Position numbers and translations under genes: made by a program. From assembly GCA_965223295.1 (NCBI GenBank), contig CBDCWC010000003.1, forward strand, positions 800,001-864,000: a DNA stretch of 64,000 bases, read 5' to 3'. Shown piece by piece: positions 9,379 through 19,717 of this stretch. Under the pieces are notes generated by a model. It worked only from the letters and a program-made list of their open reading frames with translations, had not been told where the DNA came from and ran no database searches. This DNA is from Nitrospirales bacterium (GTDB taxonomy: Bacteria > Nitrospirota > Nitrospiria > Nitrospirales > UBA8639). Numbering within the stretch: position 1 is the first letter of the stretch; each line of letters begins with the position of its first letter.

Positions 9379-11778
9379 ATGAATACCTTCCAGCAGTTTT
9401 TTTCAGGGCTTAAAACTTGGTCTTGGCTTCGGATATTTCTCGTGAGCGCTCTGGCCTTTCTGGTTGTCGGGACTGGAACAGTGTTGGGCATTCTCTGGCA
9501 AGTGACCCGGGACCTGCCCACGTTTGATTCCTTCCAGGATTATCATCCAAGCTTGGTTTCTAGAGTCTATGCTGATGACGGCGAAATGATTGGACAATTT
9601 TTTATTGAACGTCGTCTGTATACTCCTATTGATCAAATTCCCAAAGCTCTCACTCAAGCCGTGATTGCTGTCGAAGACACCAGATTTCTTGAGCACCCTG
9701 GACTTGATGTTGTGGGAATTGGACGAGCCGCCTGGACGAATCTCAGAAAAGGGGGGCGTTTCCAGGGAGCCAGCACCATCACTCAGCAATTGGCACGCGC
9801 CCTGTTTCTAAGTCCTGAACGTACGTATACCCGTAAAATTAAGGAACTCGTTCTCGCGATTAAGATGGAGTGGGTCCTGACCAAAGACCAGATTCTAGAA
9901 ATGTATCTGAATCAAATTTATTTTGGTCATGGAGCCTATGGAATCGCCGCAGCCACTCTCACCTATTTTGATAAAAGCGTGACAGAATTGAGCCTTCCAG
10001 AAGCCGCGTTTTTAGCAGGACTGCCCAAAGCACCCAATACGTATTCTCCGTTTCGCAATCCTGATCTGGCAAAGTCTCGGAAAGAACTCGTCTTACATCG
10101 AATGGTCGAAGCGAAATTTATCACGAAAGAGGACGCCCAAACGGCTATCGAGACGGTTTTGAACTATCGTCGACAGTCTATTGAACCAATTGCGTCCTAC
10201 TTTATTGAAAATATCCGCCAACATTTGGTGGAACGCTATGGAGAGTCCTTGGTCTACAAAGGCGGACTACAGATCCACACGACGTTAAATATTGCTATGC
10301 AAAAATCCGCACAAGAAAGCCTGCAACGAGGGTTACGTCAAGTGGATAAACGCCAGGGCTGGCGTGGCCCCCTCGGACATGTAGAATTTGGCAAAGACTT
10401 TGAGCCCCCGGATGAATATCCAGAATTACAGACGGTTCAAGCGGCCCTCACCCATGGTCTTTATCGGGCACTGGTGACAAAAGTGTCCAAAAAGTCAGCC
10501 GAAGTTTTGATCGGGAATACGCATAAAGGGACGATCGCTTTTGACGATATGAAATGGGCACAGCGGCGGCTAAAAGATCCCAATGATGTGGAGACTGCCG
10601 AAGTGCGCGAAAAGGCCACACCTCGTCAAATACTCAAGATAGGCGATATCATTGAAGTCTTGCCAAAAAAAGGCGATCTAGAGTCCGGCATTTTTGTGCT
10701 AGAACAAACCCCATTGGTGGAAGGCTCTTTGCTGGCACTAGACCCTCGGAATGGAGCCATCCAGGCCATGATCGGAGGTTATGATTTTTCTCGTAGCCAA
10801 TTCAACCGCGCGGTGTCAGCTCGACGTCAACCGGGTTCGGCATTTAAACCGTTGATCTACGCCACCGCCCTTCAACAAGGCCTGACACCGGCCACATTAA
10901 TTTTGGATGCACCAGTGGTGTACCAAGATGAGGAACTAGACCGCGTATGGAAACCTGAAAATTATGAGAAACGGTTCTATGGAACCATCTCACTCAGGGA
11001 AGCCCTGCGTCATTCCCGGAACGCGGCTACGGTCCGGCTCCTTGAACAGATTGGTGTCCCAAAGGTTGTGAATATTGCCAGCGACTTAGGTATCCAAAGT
11101 CCTCTCAGTCAAGATCTCTCCCTCGCTCTTGGGTCATCCAGCGTCACCCTGCAAGAAATCACGTCTGCATTTGGTGTCTTTGCCAACCAAGGGATGTGGC
11201 TCAAACCTTATCAAATTACGCTTGTGAAAGATGTCAACGGGGAAATTCTGGAGCAACATTTTTTTGAACCTCGACAGGCCATGAAACAGGACAATGCATA
11301 CCTCACAACCAACATGCTCATGGATGTGATTCAAAGCGGAACTGGTCGTCGTGCGAAAAGGATTGGGCGCCCCTTAGCAGGGAAAACAGGGACAACGAAT
11401 GGCTACAATGATGCGTGGTTCGTGGGTTACGCCCCGAATTTAGCCACCGGGGTATGGGTCGGGTTTGATTCGGTGCGAACATTAGGCCGATTAGAATCTG
11501 GTGCTCGTGCGGCTCTACCAATCTGGACAGATTTCATGGCACAGGCTCTTCGTGATTCACCTGTTATGACATTTACCATCCCAGAGGGTATTCAATTTGC
11601 CCAGGTCGATACGACCACAGGAGACTTACCAACGAAATCCAGTCGTCATATTAGTACTGAAGTCTTTCGAAAAGGAACAGAACCGGCAAAGGGGGCTGCG
11701 AAGAAAGCCAATCCCATGGATTTCTTTGAATTTGACCGAATGAATTCAGGCTCTTCCACTCAACTCTCTTCGTTTTAA
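9379..11778 (+). CDS. mrcA: Penicillin-binding protein 1A
   Basis: Transglycosylase EDTRF, GASTITQQL, RKIKE; transpeptidase SAFK, SRN, KTGT. Confidence 0.95.
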   Translation: MNTFQQFFSGLKTWSWLRIFLVSALAFLVVGTGTVLGILWQVTRDLPTFDSFQDYHPSLVSRVYADDGEMIGQFFIERRLYTPIDQIPKALTQAVIAVEDTRFLEHPGLDVVGIGRAAWTNLRKGGRFQGASTITQQLARALFLSPERTYTRKIKELVLAIKMEWVLTKDQILEMYLNQIYFGHGAYGIAAATLTYFDKSVTELSLPEAAFLAGLPKAPNTYSPFRNPDLAKSRKELVLHRMVEAKFITKEDAQTAIETVLNYRRQSIEPIASYFIENIRQHLVERYGESLVYKGGLQIHTTLNIAMQKSAQESLQRGLRQVDKRQGWRGPLGHVEFGKDFEPPDEYPELQTVQAALTHGLYRALVTKVSKKSAEVLIGNTHKGTIAFDDMKWAQRRLKDPNDVETAEVREKATPRQILKIGDIIEVLPKKGDLESGIFVLEQTPLVEGSLLALDPRNGAIQAMIGGYDFSRSQFNRAVSARRQPGSAFKPLIYATALQQGLTPATLILDAPVVYQDEELDRVWKPENYEKRFYGTISLREALRHSRNAATVRLLEQIGVPKVVNIASDLGIQSPLSQDLSLALGSSSVTLQEITSAFGVFANQGMWLKPYQITLVKDVNGEILEQHFFEPRQAMKQDNAYLTTNMLMDVIQSGTGRRAKRIGRPLAGKTGTTNGYNDAWFVGYAPNLATGVWVGFDSVRTLGRLESGARAALPIWTDFMAQALRDSPVMTFTIPEGIQFAQVDTTTGDLPTKSSRHISTEVFRKGTEPAKGAAKKANPMDFFEFDRMNSGSSTQLSSF

Positions 11779-11782
11779 GTTT

Positions 11783-11854
11783 GTCATACCTGCCGAGGCG
11801 GGTAGCCAGAAAAAATCAGACTGAACATTGGATTCCCGTTTTCACGGGAATGAG
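11783..11854. repeat. Inverted REP doublet (GTCATTCCCG-type)
   Basis: gtcatacctgccgaggcgggtagcca and tggattcccgttttcacgggaatga; related copies at 38097-38123 and 56279-56309. Confidence 0.65.
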
Positions 11855-11861
11855 GGCATAA

Positions 11862-12043
11862 GGGCACCTCTAAAAACTGTTGATTTTTTCCGAGGGCAAG
11901 GAAGCAGCGCGCGGAAACCCGCAGTGTATGGGCCAATACATGAGGGCGCACGGTGCGAAGAGCACCACGTCTGTGCGCGCCGAAGGCTGTGAGCACCCGG
12001 CTGACGCGGCCATTGGGGAAAAGGACAGTTTTTAGAGGTGCCC
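11862..12043. mobile_element. 182-bp MITE-like element
   Basis: Perfect 19-bp terminal inverted repeats gggcacctctaaaaactgt / acagtttttagaggtgccc; no transposase. Confidence 0.75.
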
Positions 12044-12082
12044 AGAAGAAGGATCCTCAACCCGCCGTTACCTTTTATTTAT

Positions 12083-12273
12083 GGGTCTGCTGAAAAAAGC
12101 CGCCAGCGGCGTTCTCGCCCTTTTTCCGTGCTCACGTAATACCAGTACGCTTCGCGCGTAAAAAGAGCTGCGGCCTTGCTGAACGGACTTTTTTGAACAA
12201 ACCCGAGGCCTCTGACATTCGACGTCGCAGAGACGAAATGTGGCCGTTGATATCATCATTACTCAACAGCCCC
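12083..12273. mobile_element. Two-module MITE-like repeat (module 1 + module 2)
   Basis: gggtctgctgaaaaaagccgccagcggcgttctcgcc...tcaacagcccc; similar to 24558-24746, 31597-31784, 44531-44721. Confidence 0.75.
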
Positions 12274-12296
12274 TTTATGGGCATGAGGTAACCCTG

Positions 12297-12515
12297 CTAT
12301 CCTTTGGCATCTTGGTATTCTTCATGCCAGGCCATTTGAATAGCCTCGAGCTTTTTCTCATTTGAACCTTGCGGATCGTCCTTGAAGTCTGGCAGGGCTA
12401 CAATCCAAGCATGGAGATCGGTGAAACGCACAGTTAACGGATCAGTTTCAGGATACTCTTCCTGTAATCGAATCCCAATATCTTCGGCATCTGTCCACAT
12501 CAGATCATGCGTCAT
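12297..12515 (-). CDS. iscX: Fe-S assembly protein IscX
   Basis: WTD.EDIG..L.E.YP..DP.TVRFTDLH.W, SNEKKLEAIQMAW. Confidence 0.92.
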   Translation of the reverse strand: MTHDLMWTDAEDIGIRLQEEYPETDPLTVRFTDLHAWIVALPDFKDDPQGSNEKKLEAIQMAWHEEYQDAKG

Positions 12516-12578
12516 GATTTCCTCTTATTTTTGATAACTGCTTGATATTCTATGCTACCTAGTATATCGGTGGCTGGG

Positions 12579-12732
12579 AGGAATGATCAAAAATTCATGC
12601 AGCAAGGCCGCAGCTATTGAGGCACGCGGAGCGTACTTTCAGTACGTGAACATGGCCAAATGGCGACCTGCCAGCGAGAAGCCGCTCCGGCGAAGGGAGG
12701 GAACGCCGCTGGTGGATTTTCTCATCATTTCT
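12579..12732. repeat. Module-1 repeat with a ~34-bp internal insertion
   Basis: gcaaggccgcagc...cggagcgtac...gtacgtga...aatggcga[cctgccagcgagaagccgctccggcgaagggagg]gaacgccgctgg. Confidence 0.65.
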
Positions 12733-12733
12733 C

Positions 12734-14551
12734 TTATTTGACGAATTCTGAAACCTTTTTGCTTTCTAATGCTTCCTTCAATGTGGCATCCATCAACACT
12801 TCAGCCAGATGATGTGTCTCTTTTTCCATCTCAGAAATTCCTGCCCGAATGAGACGATGGTCATCACCTTTTTGTGTTTCACCCAACTGTTGAATGACAC
12901 GTTGAATTTCAGCTTTTTCTTTATCACTAATCAAGCCTGAGGCACGGGCCAACGCTTTTTCTGTGGCGACAATGATGGCCGTGGCTTCGGTTCGAGCCTC
13001 AATGACCTGCCGGGCCTTAATATCTTCCTCGGCAAATTGGAAGGACTCTCGGATCATGTCTTCTACTTCGTCATCCGTGAGCCCGTGAGAAGGTTTCACT
13101 TGTACTGTTTGGGCTTCGTTTGTCCGAATATCTCTGGCCGTCACATGTAAAATGCCATTCGCATCAATAAGAAAAGTGACTTCCACACGAGGCACACCGG
13201 CAGGTAACGGCGGCATTTTCAATTGAAATCTGGCTAAACTACGATTGTCTTTCACCAACTCCCGTTCACCCTGAAGAATGTGAATATCCACCGATGTTTG
13301 TCCATCCACATAGGTCGTGAACATTTCCTTCGAGCTAGTGGGTATTGTGGTATTACGCCGAATCAAGGCACTCATCACGCCACCCATCGTCTCAATACCC
13401 AAGGACAACGGTGTCACATCTAAAAGAAGAATTTCTTTGTTATGCCCACCGAGAATATCTGCTTGGACTGCCGCACCAAGGGCGACCACTTCATCTGGAT
13501 TCAATTCACTGTGAGGTTGTTTGCCAAATAGCTCTTCCACTTTCTGTCGGACTAACGGCATACGCGTGCTGCCGCCAACTAACACCACTTCGTCAATTTG
13601 ATTTGCCGTTAACCCTGCGTCTTTTAGCGCTGAACGGCACGGAGCCAGCGTCCGATCCACGAGGGCCATAACCAGCGACTCCATCGCTTCACGGGTAACA
13701 GTTTTTTCATATCTTCCCTTGGGGAGTTCGACGACCATCGTGGTTTCTGTGGCATCAGATAACCGCACTTTAGCCCGTTCGGCTTCCAAGCGTAACGTTT
13801 GCATCAGATCGGAATGATCTTGGCATTGAATCCCATGTTGTTCGTATATTTCTTTGACCAAGACATCAATAAAACGTTGATCAAAATCATCGCCCCCTAA
13901 ATGCGTATCGCCGTTCGTGGCCAGAACTTCAAAAATGCCGTCTTTTAATTTGAGGATCGAGATATCAAACGTTCCACCGCCTAGATCGTAGATGGCGATG
14001 AGACCTTGCGTTTTTTTCTGAAGACCATAGGCTAAAGACGCCGCAGTAGGCTCATTGATGATACGCAAGACTTCTAAGCCGGCAATCATTCCAGCGTCCT
14101 TGGTCGCTTGACGCTGACTATCATTAAAGTAGGCCGGAACCGTAATCACAGCCTTAGAAATATCTTCTTTCAAAAACTCTTCTGCCCGTCGCTTTAATTC
14201 TTTTAAAATCATGGCAGAAACCTGAGGAGGGGAATAAGTCTTCTCCCCAACTTCAATACGAATGACGCCATTTTTTTCCTGCAGCGAATAGGGGAAATAT
14301 TTCCGCTCATCAGCAACGTCTTCTAATCCTTTTCCCATAAACCGCTTAACGGAATATATGGTCCGAGAAGGATCACGTGTGAGATGAGCTTTTGCCGGGT
14401 CACCGACAATCAACCCGTTATCCGTCATCCCCACAATCGACGGGACCTTTGCCTGCCCCTCAGGACCCGGGATCACACGCGGGGTCCCATCATCCATATA
14501 GGCAATCAAAGAATTTGTCGTCCCTAAATCAATGCCAACGATTCGACTCAC
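12734..14551 (-). CDS. hscA: Fe-S chaperone HscA (Hsp70 family)
   Basis: GIDLGTTNS, TVPAYFND, DLGGGTFD; lies between hscB and iscX. Confidence 0.92.
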   Translation of the reverse strand: MSRIVGIDLGTTNSLIAYMDDGTPRVIPGPEGQAKVPSIVGMTDNGLIVGDPAKAHLTRDPSRTIYSVKRFMGKGLEDVADERKYFPYSLQEKNGVIRIEVGEKTYSPPQVSAMILKELKRRAEEFLKEDISKAVITVPAYFNDSQRQATKDAGMIAGLEVLRIINEPTAASLAYGLQKKTQGLIAIYDLGGGTFDISILKLKDGIFEVLATNGDTHLGGDDFDQRFIDVLVKEIYEQHGIQCQDHSDLMQTLRLEAERAKVRLSDATETTMVVELPKGRYEKTVTREAMESLVMALVDRTLAPCRSALKDAGLTANQIDEVVLVGGSTRMPLVRQKVEELFGKQPHSELNPDEVVALGAAVQADILGGHNKEILLLDVTPLSLGIETMGGVMSALIRRNTTIPTSSKEMFTTYVDGQTSVDIHILQGERELVKDNRSLARFQLKMPPLPAGVPRVEVTFLIDANGILHVTARDIRTNEAQTVQVKPSHGLTDDEVEDMIRESFQFAEEDIKARQVIEARTEATAIIVATEKALARASGLISDKEKAEIQRVIQQLGETQKGDDHRLIRAGISEMEKETHHLAEVLMDATLKEALESKKVSEFVK

Positions 14552-14588
14552 AATCTATCCTTTATAACTAAGATCATATGAAGCGTTA

Positions 14589-15311
14589 TCATCCTGTTGT
14601 TTCGAGTAACTCACTCACCATATTGCAAATGTAGGTGCGATTGGAAAGAATTTCCTGCATGTTACGTAACACGGCATTTTTCTCATCTCGAGCTTCACCT
14701 GGCCCAAAATGAGTCTGTTGCAATTGATCCCATTCCCGATATTTTTCACGTAAGGTCTTTTCCATTTCCGCCTGGCGTTTTTCAAGATGCTCTCGTGCCG
14801 TCTTGAGTTTCTGGCGAAGTTCAATACGTTCTGGCGAATCTTCTTCTGACGAAAGATTTCGGAAGGACTCCATATCCTCTTGGAGCTCTAAAATTTCTTC
14901 AAAAAGATCGGCTGGCGGATTTGACCGAATATCCTTCACCGCCCCGGCTTCCAGACGAATGAGATATTCGACACGTTGAATGGGATCTTTCAATGTCCGA
15001 TAGGCCGCATTAAGAAAAGCCGAATTGCCTAAGCTAATCGTCTTTTCTGATTCATCTTTGGTGGAATAAAAATCAGGATGGAATGTCCGGCTCAGCTCAT
15101 AATACGTTCGCTCTAACTCTCCCTCATCGATATTGAGCAACCGAGACAATTTAAAACAGGCGAAATAATCGAGGTCTTTAGAAAGGGGTTGGACCTTCAC
15201 GCATTGCCCGCACAAATATTCTCCAGTCACTTCAGACTGACAGTGCCAGCACATGCTGCGCGCCATCGGCAATTCGCGTGGATTAGTCGATGTCGAATGG
15301 GTATGTTCCAT
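14589..15311 (-). CDS. hscB: Co-chaperone HscB with an N-terminal tetracysteine domain
   Basis: J-domain HPD, LNAAYRTLKDP..R.EY; CWHC..CGQC. Confidence 0.9.
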   Translation of the reverse strand: MEHTHSTSTNPRELPMARSMCWHCQSEVTGEYLCGQCVKVQPLSKDLDYFACFKLSRLLNIDEGELERTYYELSRTFHPDFYSTKDESEKTISLGNSAFLNAAYRTLKDPIQRVEYLIRLEAGAVKDIRSNPPADLFEEILELQEDMESFRNLSSEEDSPERIELRQKLKTAREHLEKRQAEMEKTLREKYREWDQLQQTHFGPGEARDEKNAVLRNMQEILSNRTYICNMVSELLETTG

Positions 15312-15401
15312 GGTATGAATGACGATCTGACAAGTCAGGCATGACCAACTACGCCATGCCTGATCAACTTATTAGCGCCTTCTCGATGTCAGTGCTGTGG
15401 C

Positions 15402-15755
15402 CTAGGCTGAAAATGATTCTCCACATCCGCAGGTTTTAGAGGCATTCGGATTGATAAACTTGAAAGCCCCGCTCACCATATCTTTTTGATAATCTAGCGT
15501 CATCCCTTGAAGATAGATAGCGCTTTTAGCATCCACAATAACTTTCACGCCATTGACCTCGGTCACAGTATCAAATTCACCAATGTTTTCATCAAAATTG
15601 ACGGTATAGCTTAACCCTGAACAGCCTCCGCCTTTCACACCCAGTCTCAGCCCACCTTCGGTGATGCCTTGAAGGTCTAATAACCGCTGCACCTCTTTCA
15701 AGGCGGCATCGGTCATCGTGACTATTGTCGTGTTATCAGCTTCTTGTGTTTCCAT
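15402..15755 (-). CDS. iscA: IscA
   Basis: GGGCSGLSY, TCGCGESF; position in the isc operon. Confidence 0.92.
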   Translation of the reverse strand: METQEADNTTIVTMTDAALKEVQRLLDLQGITEGGLRLGVKGGGCSGLSYTVNFDENIGEFDTVTEVNGVKVIVDAKSAIYLQGMTLDYQKDMVSGAFKFINPNASKTCGCGESFSA

Positions 15756-15790
15756 TATGCACTCTCCTCAATCACCGACTTAATAAAACC

Positions 15791-16207
15791 TCACGATGAG
15801 GCGGCGGGTTCTTCAACGTTCGGCTTTTTCTCATCAGCTTTCTTCTGATAATCACCCAACGCTGCTTTTATGGCATCTTCTGCCAACACCGAGCAGTGAA
15901 TCTTCACCGGAGGAAGATTTAACTCTTCCACAATATCGGTATTCTTAATTTTCTGGGCTTCTTCAACGGATTTTCCTTTTAACCATTCTGTCGCCAAACT
16001 GGAACTGGCAATGGCCGAGCCACACCCAAACGTCTTAAACTTGGCATCCACAATAGTTTCGTTCTCGACTTTAATTTGAAGTTTCATGACATCGCCACAT
16101 TCGGGTGCTCCCACAATTCCCGTGCCGACGCCCTCATCTTCCTTTTTAAACGATCCTACATTACGGGGATTGTTGTAATGATCGATCACTTTTTCACTAT
16201 AGGCCAT
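15791..16207 (-). CDS. iscU: IscU scaffold
   Basis: MAYSEKVIDHY, GAPECGDVM, LPPVKIHCS. Confidence 0.96.
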   Translation of the reverse strand: MAYSEKVIDHYNNPRNVGSFKKEDEGVGTGIVGAPECGDVMKLQIKVENETIVDAKFKTFGCGSAIASSSLATEWLKGKSVEEAQKIKNTDIVEELNLPPVKIHCSVLAEDAIKAALGDYQKKADEKKPNVEEPAASS

Positions 16208-16257
16208 GATTCATTCCTCCTTCTGATTTATAAACTGATTCGATTTATTCTCCTTGT

Positions 16258-16379
16258 CAGGATATTCAAAATGTTCATCCAACAAGGCCGCAGACCATTC
16301 GGTGAGCGGAGCATACAGATAAGTACGTGAGCACAACGAATGGGTGAGAACGCAGTTGGTGGCCATTTTCAATATCCTG
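16258..16379. repeat. Module-1 repeat between iscS and iscU
   Basis: Near-perfect termini caggatattcaaaatg / cattttcaatatcctg around the caaggccgcag...gtacgtgagc...gagaacg core. Confidence 0.7.
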
Positions 16380-16381
16380 CT

Positions 16382-17596
16382 TCAATGGGCTGCCCATTGA
16401 ACAGTCTTCAAATCTATCCCCTCTTTCGCCATTTCATACAATGGAGACATCTCTCGAAGATGGGTGACGGCTTTCAACATCCGATCAATCGTATATTCAA
16501 TTTCTTCCTCTGTTGTAAACCGGCCAAGCCCAAATCGAATGGAGGAATGGGCTAAATCCGATCCCACGCCTAAGGCCCGCAAGACATAGGAGGGCTCGAG
16601 CGTCGCGGACGTACAAGCCGAGCCTGAAGACAGGGCAATTTCCTTCACACCCATCAACAACGCCTCTCCTTCCACATAGGCAAAACTAATATTCAAATTA
16701 CCTGGTAAACGTTCTGTGGGGTGACCATTTAAATAGACTTCGTCCATGGCTCCCATGATACCTTCTTGCAAACGATCGCGAAGTTTCGCCTGACGAATAG
16801 CTTCAGCAGCCATCTCCTGCTCGCATAATTCACAAGCTTTTCCAAATCCGACGATTAAGGGTACAGGCAACGTCCCGGAACGCATGCCACGTTCATGGCC
16901 ACCACCATAGATCATTGGCTCTAAGCGGACACGAGGGGCTCGCCGACGAACATACAGAGCCCCAACTCCCTTCGGACCATAAATTTTGTGGGCAGAGAAT
17001 GACATGAGATCAATGCCCATTTCCTGAACATTGACTGGAATTTTTCCAACTCCTTGCGTAGCATCACAATGAAAAATAATGCTCGTTTCTTTGGCAATTT
17101 TCCCAATTTCGGCGATGGGGTTAATGGTCCCAATTTCATTGTTGGCCAACATGACAGAAATTAAAATCGTTTTATCTGTAATGGCATTGCGCACATCATC
17201 AGGACTGACCCTTCCTTGTTTGTCCACGGGGAGAAAGGTCACAGAGACGCCCTTCTTTTCCAGGTATTTCGCCGTATCAATGACTGCACGATGCTCCGTC
17301 GAACTGGTGATAATATGGTCACCCTTTTCTCGATACATCGAAACAATACCTTGCAGCGCCAAATTATCGGACTCCGTGGCTCCACTGGTAAAAATAATTT
17401 CCTTGGCATCCGCGCCAATTAAATGCGCAATCTGTTTTCGCGCCTGCTCAACGCCTTCTTCGACTTCCCAGCCGAAACTATGATTCCGACTGGCCGCATT
17501 GCCAAATTTTTCGGTGAAATACGGAAGCATCGCTTCGACCACTCGCGGATCACACGGGGTGGTTGAATGATTATCTAAATATATGGGCAACTTCAT
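16382..17596 (-). CDS. iscS: Cysteine desulfurase IscS
   Basis: [10 protein letters not shown] (PLP lysine), SSGSACTS, C-terminal SPLYEM..EG.DL..VQW. Confidence 0.96.
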   Translation of the reverse strand: MKLPIYLDNHSTTPCDPRVVEAMLPYFTEKFGNAASRNHSFGWEVEEGVEQARKQIAHLIGADAKEIIFTSGATESDNLALQGIVSMYREKGDHIITSSTEHRAVIDTAKYLEKKGVSVTFLPVDKQGRVSPDDVRNAITDKTILISVMLANNEIGTINPIAEIGKIAKETSIIFHCDATQGVGKIPVNVQEMGIDLMSFSAHKIYGPKGVGALYVRRRAPRVRLEPMIYGGGHERGMRSGTLPVPLIVGFGKACELCEQEMAAEAIRQAKLRDRLQEGIMGAMDEVYLNGHPTERLPGNLNISFAYVEGEALLMGVKEIALSSGSACTSATLEPSYVLRALGVGSDLAHSSIRFGLGRFTTEEEIEYTIDRMLKAVTHLREMSPLYEMAKEGIDLKTVQWAAH

Positions 17597-18075
17597 AATT
17601 GAACTCCTTCTTTTTTACGAGATTCCACAATGATTAAGGGAGGCTCTTCCATCATATCTTCAATAGACATGCTACTGAGTAAATGTACAATACTTTCTTG
17701 AACTTTGAGGAGTGGTGTGCGGATATTGCAATGATCCATTTGTTCACAAGCGGCATGATCATCTTTTTCGTGATAACAATCCGCAATACCTAACGGGCCT
17801 TCGATAGCTTCCAACACTTGGGCAATGGAAATATCCCGTGGCTCACGAGCCAAGACATAGCCTCCCTTAGGACCGTTTTGACTTTCAATCATGTCATGTT
17901 TGGCCAAGGTTTGAAGCACTTTGGCTAAGAGTTCTAAAGGAATATGATGCTCCTCAGCAATTTCCTTCGTGTTCACAATCCGAAATTCAGAATAGGCCTG
18001 TTCTCCATATTGCACGGTGGCCATATATTGGAGAGCCATCAGGGCATAGTCTGCTTTTTTGGAAAGTTTCAACAT
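17593..18075 (-). CDS. iscR: Rrf2-family regulator (IscR-like)
   Basis: wHTH with GPKGGY.LAR, three C-terminal Cys; first gene of the isc operon. Confidence 0.75.
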   Translation of the reverse strand: MLKLSKKADYALMALQYMATVQYGEQAYSEFRIVNTKEIAEEHHIPLELLAKVLQTLAKHDMIESQNGPKGGYVLAREPRDISIAQVLEAIEGPLGIADCYHEKDDHAACEQMDHCNIRTPLLKVQESIVHLLSSMSIEDMMEEPPLIIVESRKKEGVQL

Positions 18076-18122
18076 AACTTTACGAGCGGTTCTCTATAAT
18101 TCAGAAATTTTCTAAATTCTTC

Positions 18123-18196
18123 AATCCCGACTTATATGATCGTATTTAAGATATCATTGACCTCACAACGCAGTCAAGACTAAAATGGTCGGAGAT
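18123..18196. promoter_or_regulatory. Two IscR/Rrf2-like operator sites in the divergent iscR-fdx spacer
   Basis: aatcccgacttatatgatcgtattt (18123-18147) and agtcaagactaaaatggtcggagat (18172-18196) resemble the GACT-N-AGTC type-1 IscR box. Confidence 0.5.
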
Positions 18197-18289
18197 TGAA
18201 TTAGTCGGATTCTCAATGAGATGACTAAAGCTTAACTGAGATCAACTGATAGCAAATCCACTTAATATATTGTTTTAAAGGAGAAAATA

Positions 18290-18703
18290 ATGGGGGGGAG
18301 CAATCCATATATTGAAAAAAGTCAGACGACAATTGCGGAGAAACGGTTCAAAGTTACTTTTATGACTCCTGAAGGTCCCACCGAAATTCAGGTCGATCCA
18401 GATACGCTGCCCTTAGGGGAAACTGGCTTGGAGGGAAGCATACTGGACATCGCGTTGGGCAATGGCATTGATGTGGAACATGCTTGCGGCGGGGTCTGCG
18501 CTTGCTCGACATGCCATATCATTGTGAAAGAAGGTTTGGATACCTGCAACGAACCCACCGATGACGAAAATGATCAACTCGATGAAGCTCCAGGCTTAAG
18601 TCTGAAATCTCGGCTCGCCTGCCAATGCGTACCGAACGGCGAAAAAGACCTGATTATTGAAGTCCCCGAATGGAACAAAAATCTCGTCAAAGAAAGCCAC
18701 TAA
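18290..18703 (+). CDS. fdx: 2Fe-2S ferredoxin (ISC/adrenodoxin type)
   Basis: HACGGVCACSTCH, SRLACQ. Confidence 0.9.
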   Translation: MGGSNPYIEKSQTTIAEKRFKVTFMTPEGPTEIQVDPDTLPLGETGLEGSILDIALGNGIDVEHACGGVCACSTCHIIVKEGLDTCNEPTDDENDQLDEAPGLSLKSRLACQCVPNGEKDLIIEVPEWNKNLVKESH

Positions 18704-19051
18704 GACCAGTTTCTTACCCGCAACAAGTCCTCTCTTAAAAGCCTGAGATAGTCGGGCCAAAAGCTTTGTTCTACGACACAACACCATTACAAGATGTCTG
18801 TGGAAATTGCATTTGGCCCAATTTCCTTTACTGAGTTTTCCACTCTAACCTGCTTTCCCTCTCAAACCAACAACCATGTCAGTAAGATTGTTGCCTTTTG
18901 GTCAAAAATGATAGGCAGTTTTTTCACTACCAAAATTTTGGGGCTCTTTTGATACAAGGGTGTATCTGTTTATCACAGAAAATAGGAATGATGAACGAGG
19001 TCATATCTAAAAAATTATTTGTTATCAATAAGATATGGACAAATAATTATA

Positions 19052-19067
19052 TGGCTTAACTTTTGCT
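19052..19067 (+). promoter_or_regulatory. sigma54 -24/-12 promoter
   Basis: TGGCttaacttTTGCT, GG-N10-GC spacing. Confidence 0.55.
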
Positions 19068-19125
19068 TAATTATCACATTTCGTAATTGCTTTCGTTGAA
19101 AAGCCAACTAAGTCAGGCCTCTGAA

Positions 19126-19377
19126 ATGCGAGTCTCTATGATTCTGATTTGTGCATGGTGCCAGCAAGAAGATAAACGTGAAATATTGGCTCCAGAAAAC
19201 GGGTGTGCCTCAGAACAACAGTCACACGGAATCTGTGAGCCTCATGCCGCGCTCCTCCGCCAGACGTATCAACCCGCAACTGGTCATCGCCTCTTAAGGT
19301 TGTCCATTCGTCAAAAATTCCTTCTCTCCTCCCTACGGTCAATCAAGTCATTTATGAACGCAGCGAATCTTTTTTGA
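19126..19377 (+). CDS. Small putative Zn-binding protein (CAWC...HGICxxH); start uncertain
   Basis: ICAWCQQE...SHGICEPH motif; sigma54 motif upstream. Confidence 0.55.
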   Translation: MRVSMILICAWCQQEDKREILAPENGCASEQQSHGICEPHAALLRQTYQPATGHRLLRLSIRQKFLLSSLRSIKSFMNAANLF

Positions 19378-19446
19378 GAATTCACCTGAGTTCAGGTGTT
19401 GAGAATTTTATGCAAGAAAGACATTCCCCACACGCAAAGCTTCCAT

Positions 19447-19520
19447 GGGTCTGTTGAAAAAAGCCGCGAACAGCTTCCTGAAGAAATATGGCCCTTGATC
19501 TCTTCATTATTCAACACTCT
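19447..19520. repeat. Short hybrid repeat copy (left end of module 1 joined to module 2)
   Basis: gggtctgttgaaaaaagccgc|gaacagcttcctgaagaaatatggcccttgat...ttcaacactc. Confidence 0.65.
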
Positions 19521-19717
19521 CTCTATCAAAGGAATCGTAACAAACCGTACCCATAGTCTTTTGCGGGGCCACCGGCTATGTAAACGTGACGGATATCTAC
19601 AGAATCATCCTTCGTTCCTTTTTATTGCCCCATCCAAATTTTTCTGGTACCTTGTGAAAGAATTGCTCACCACAGCACGCACCATCTTTTCTCGACTTTA
19701 CCTAACAGGACTCACTT

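Noticed and set aside
11784-12259. ORFs 11784-11996, 11842-12060, 12068-12259 (also 16076-16330, 19396-19734, 31588-31773, 44464-44670)
   Set aside because: They are translations of, or run through, the repeat elements
11780-12740. CRISPR array
   Set aside because: Repeats are dispersed, long and heterogeneous, with no regular repeat-spacer period and no cas genes
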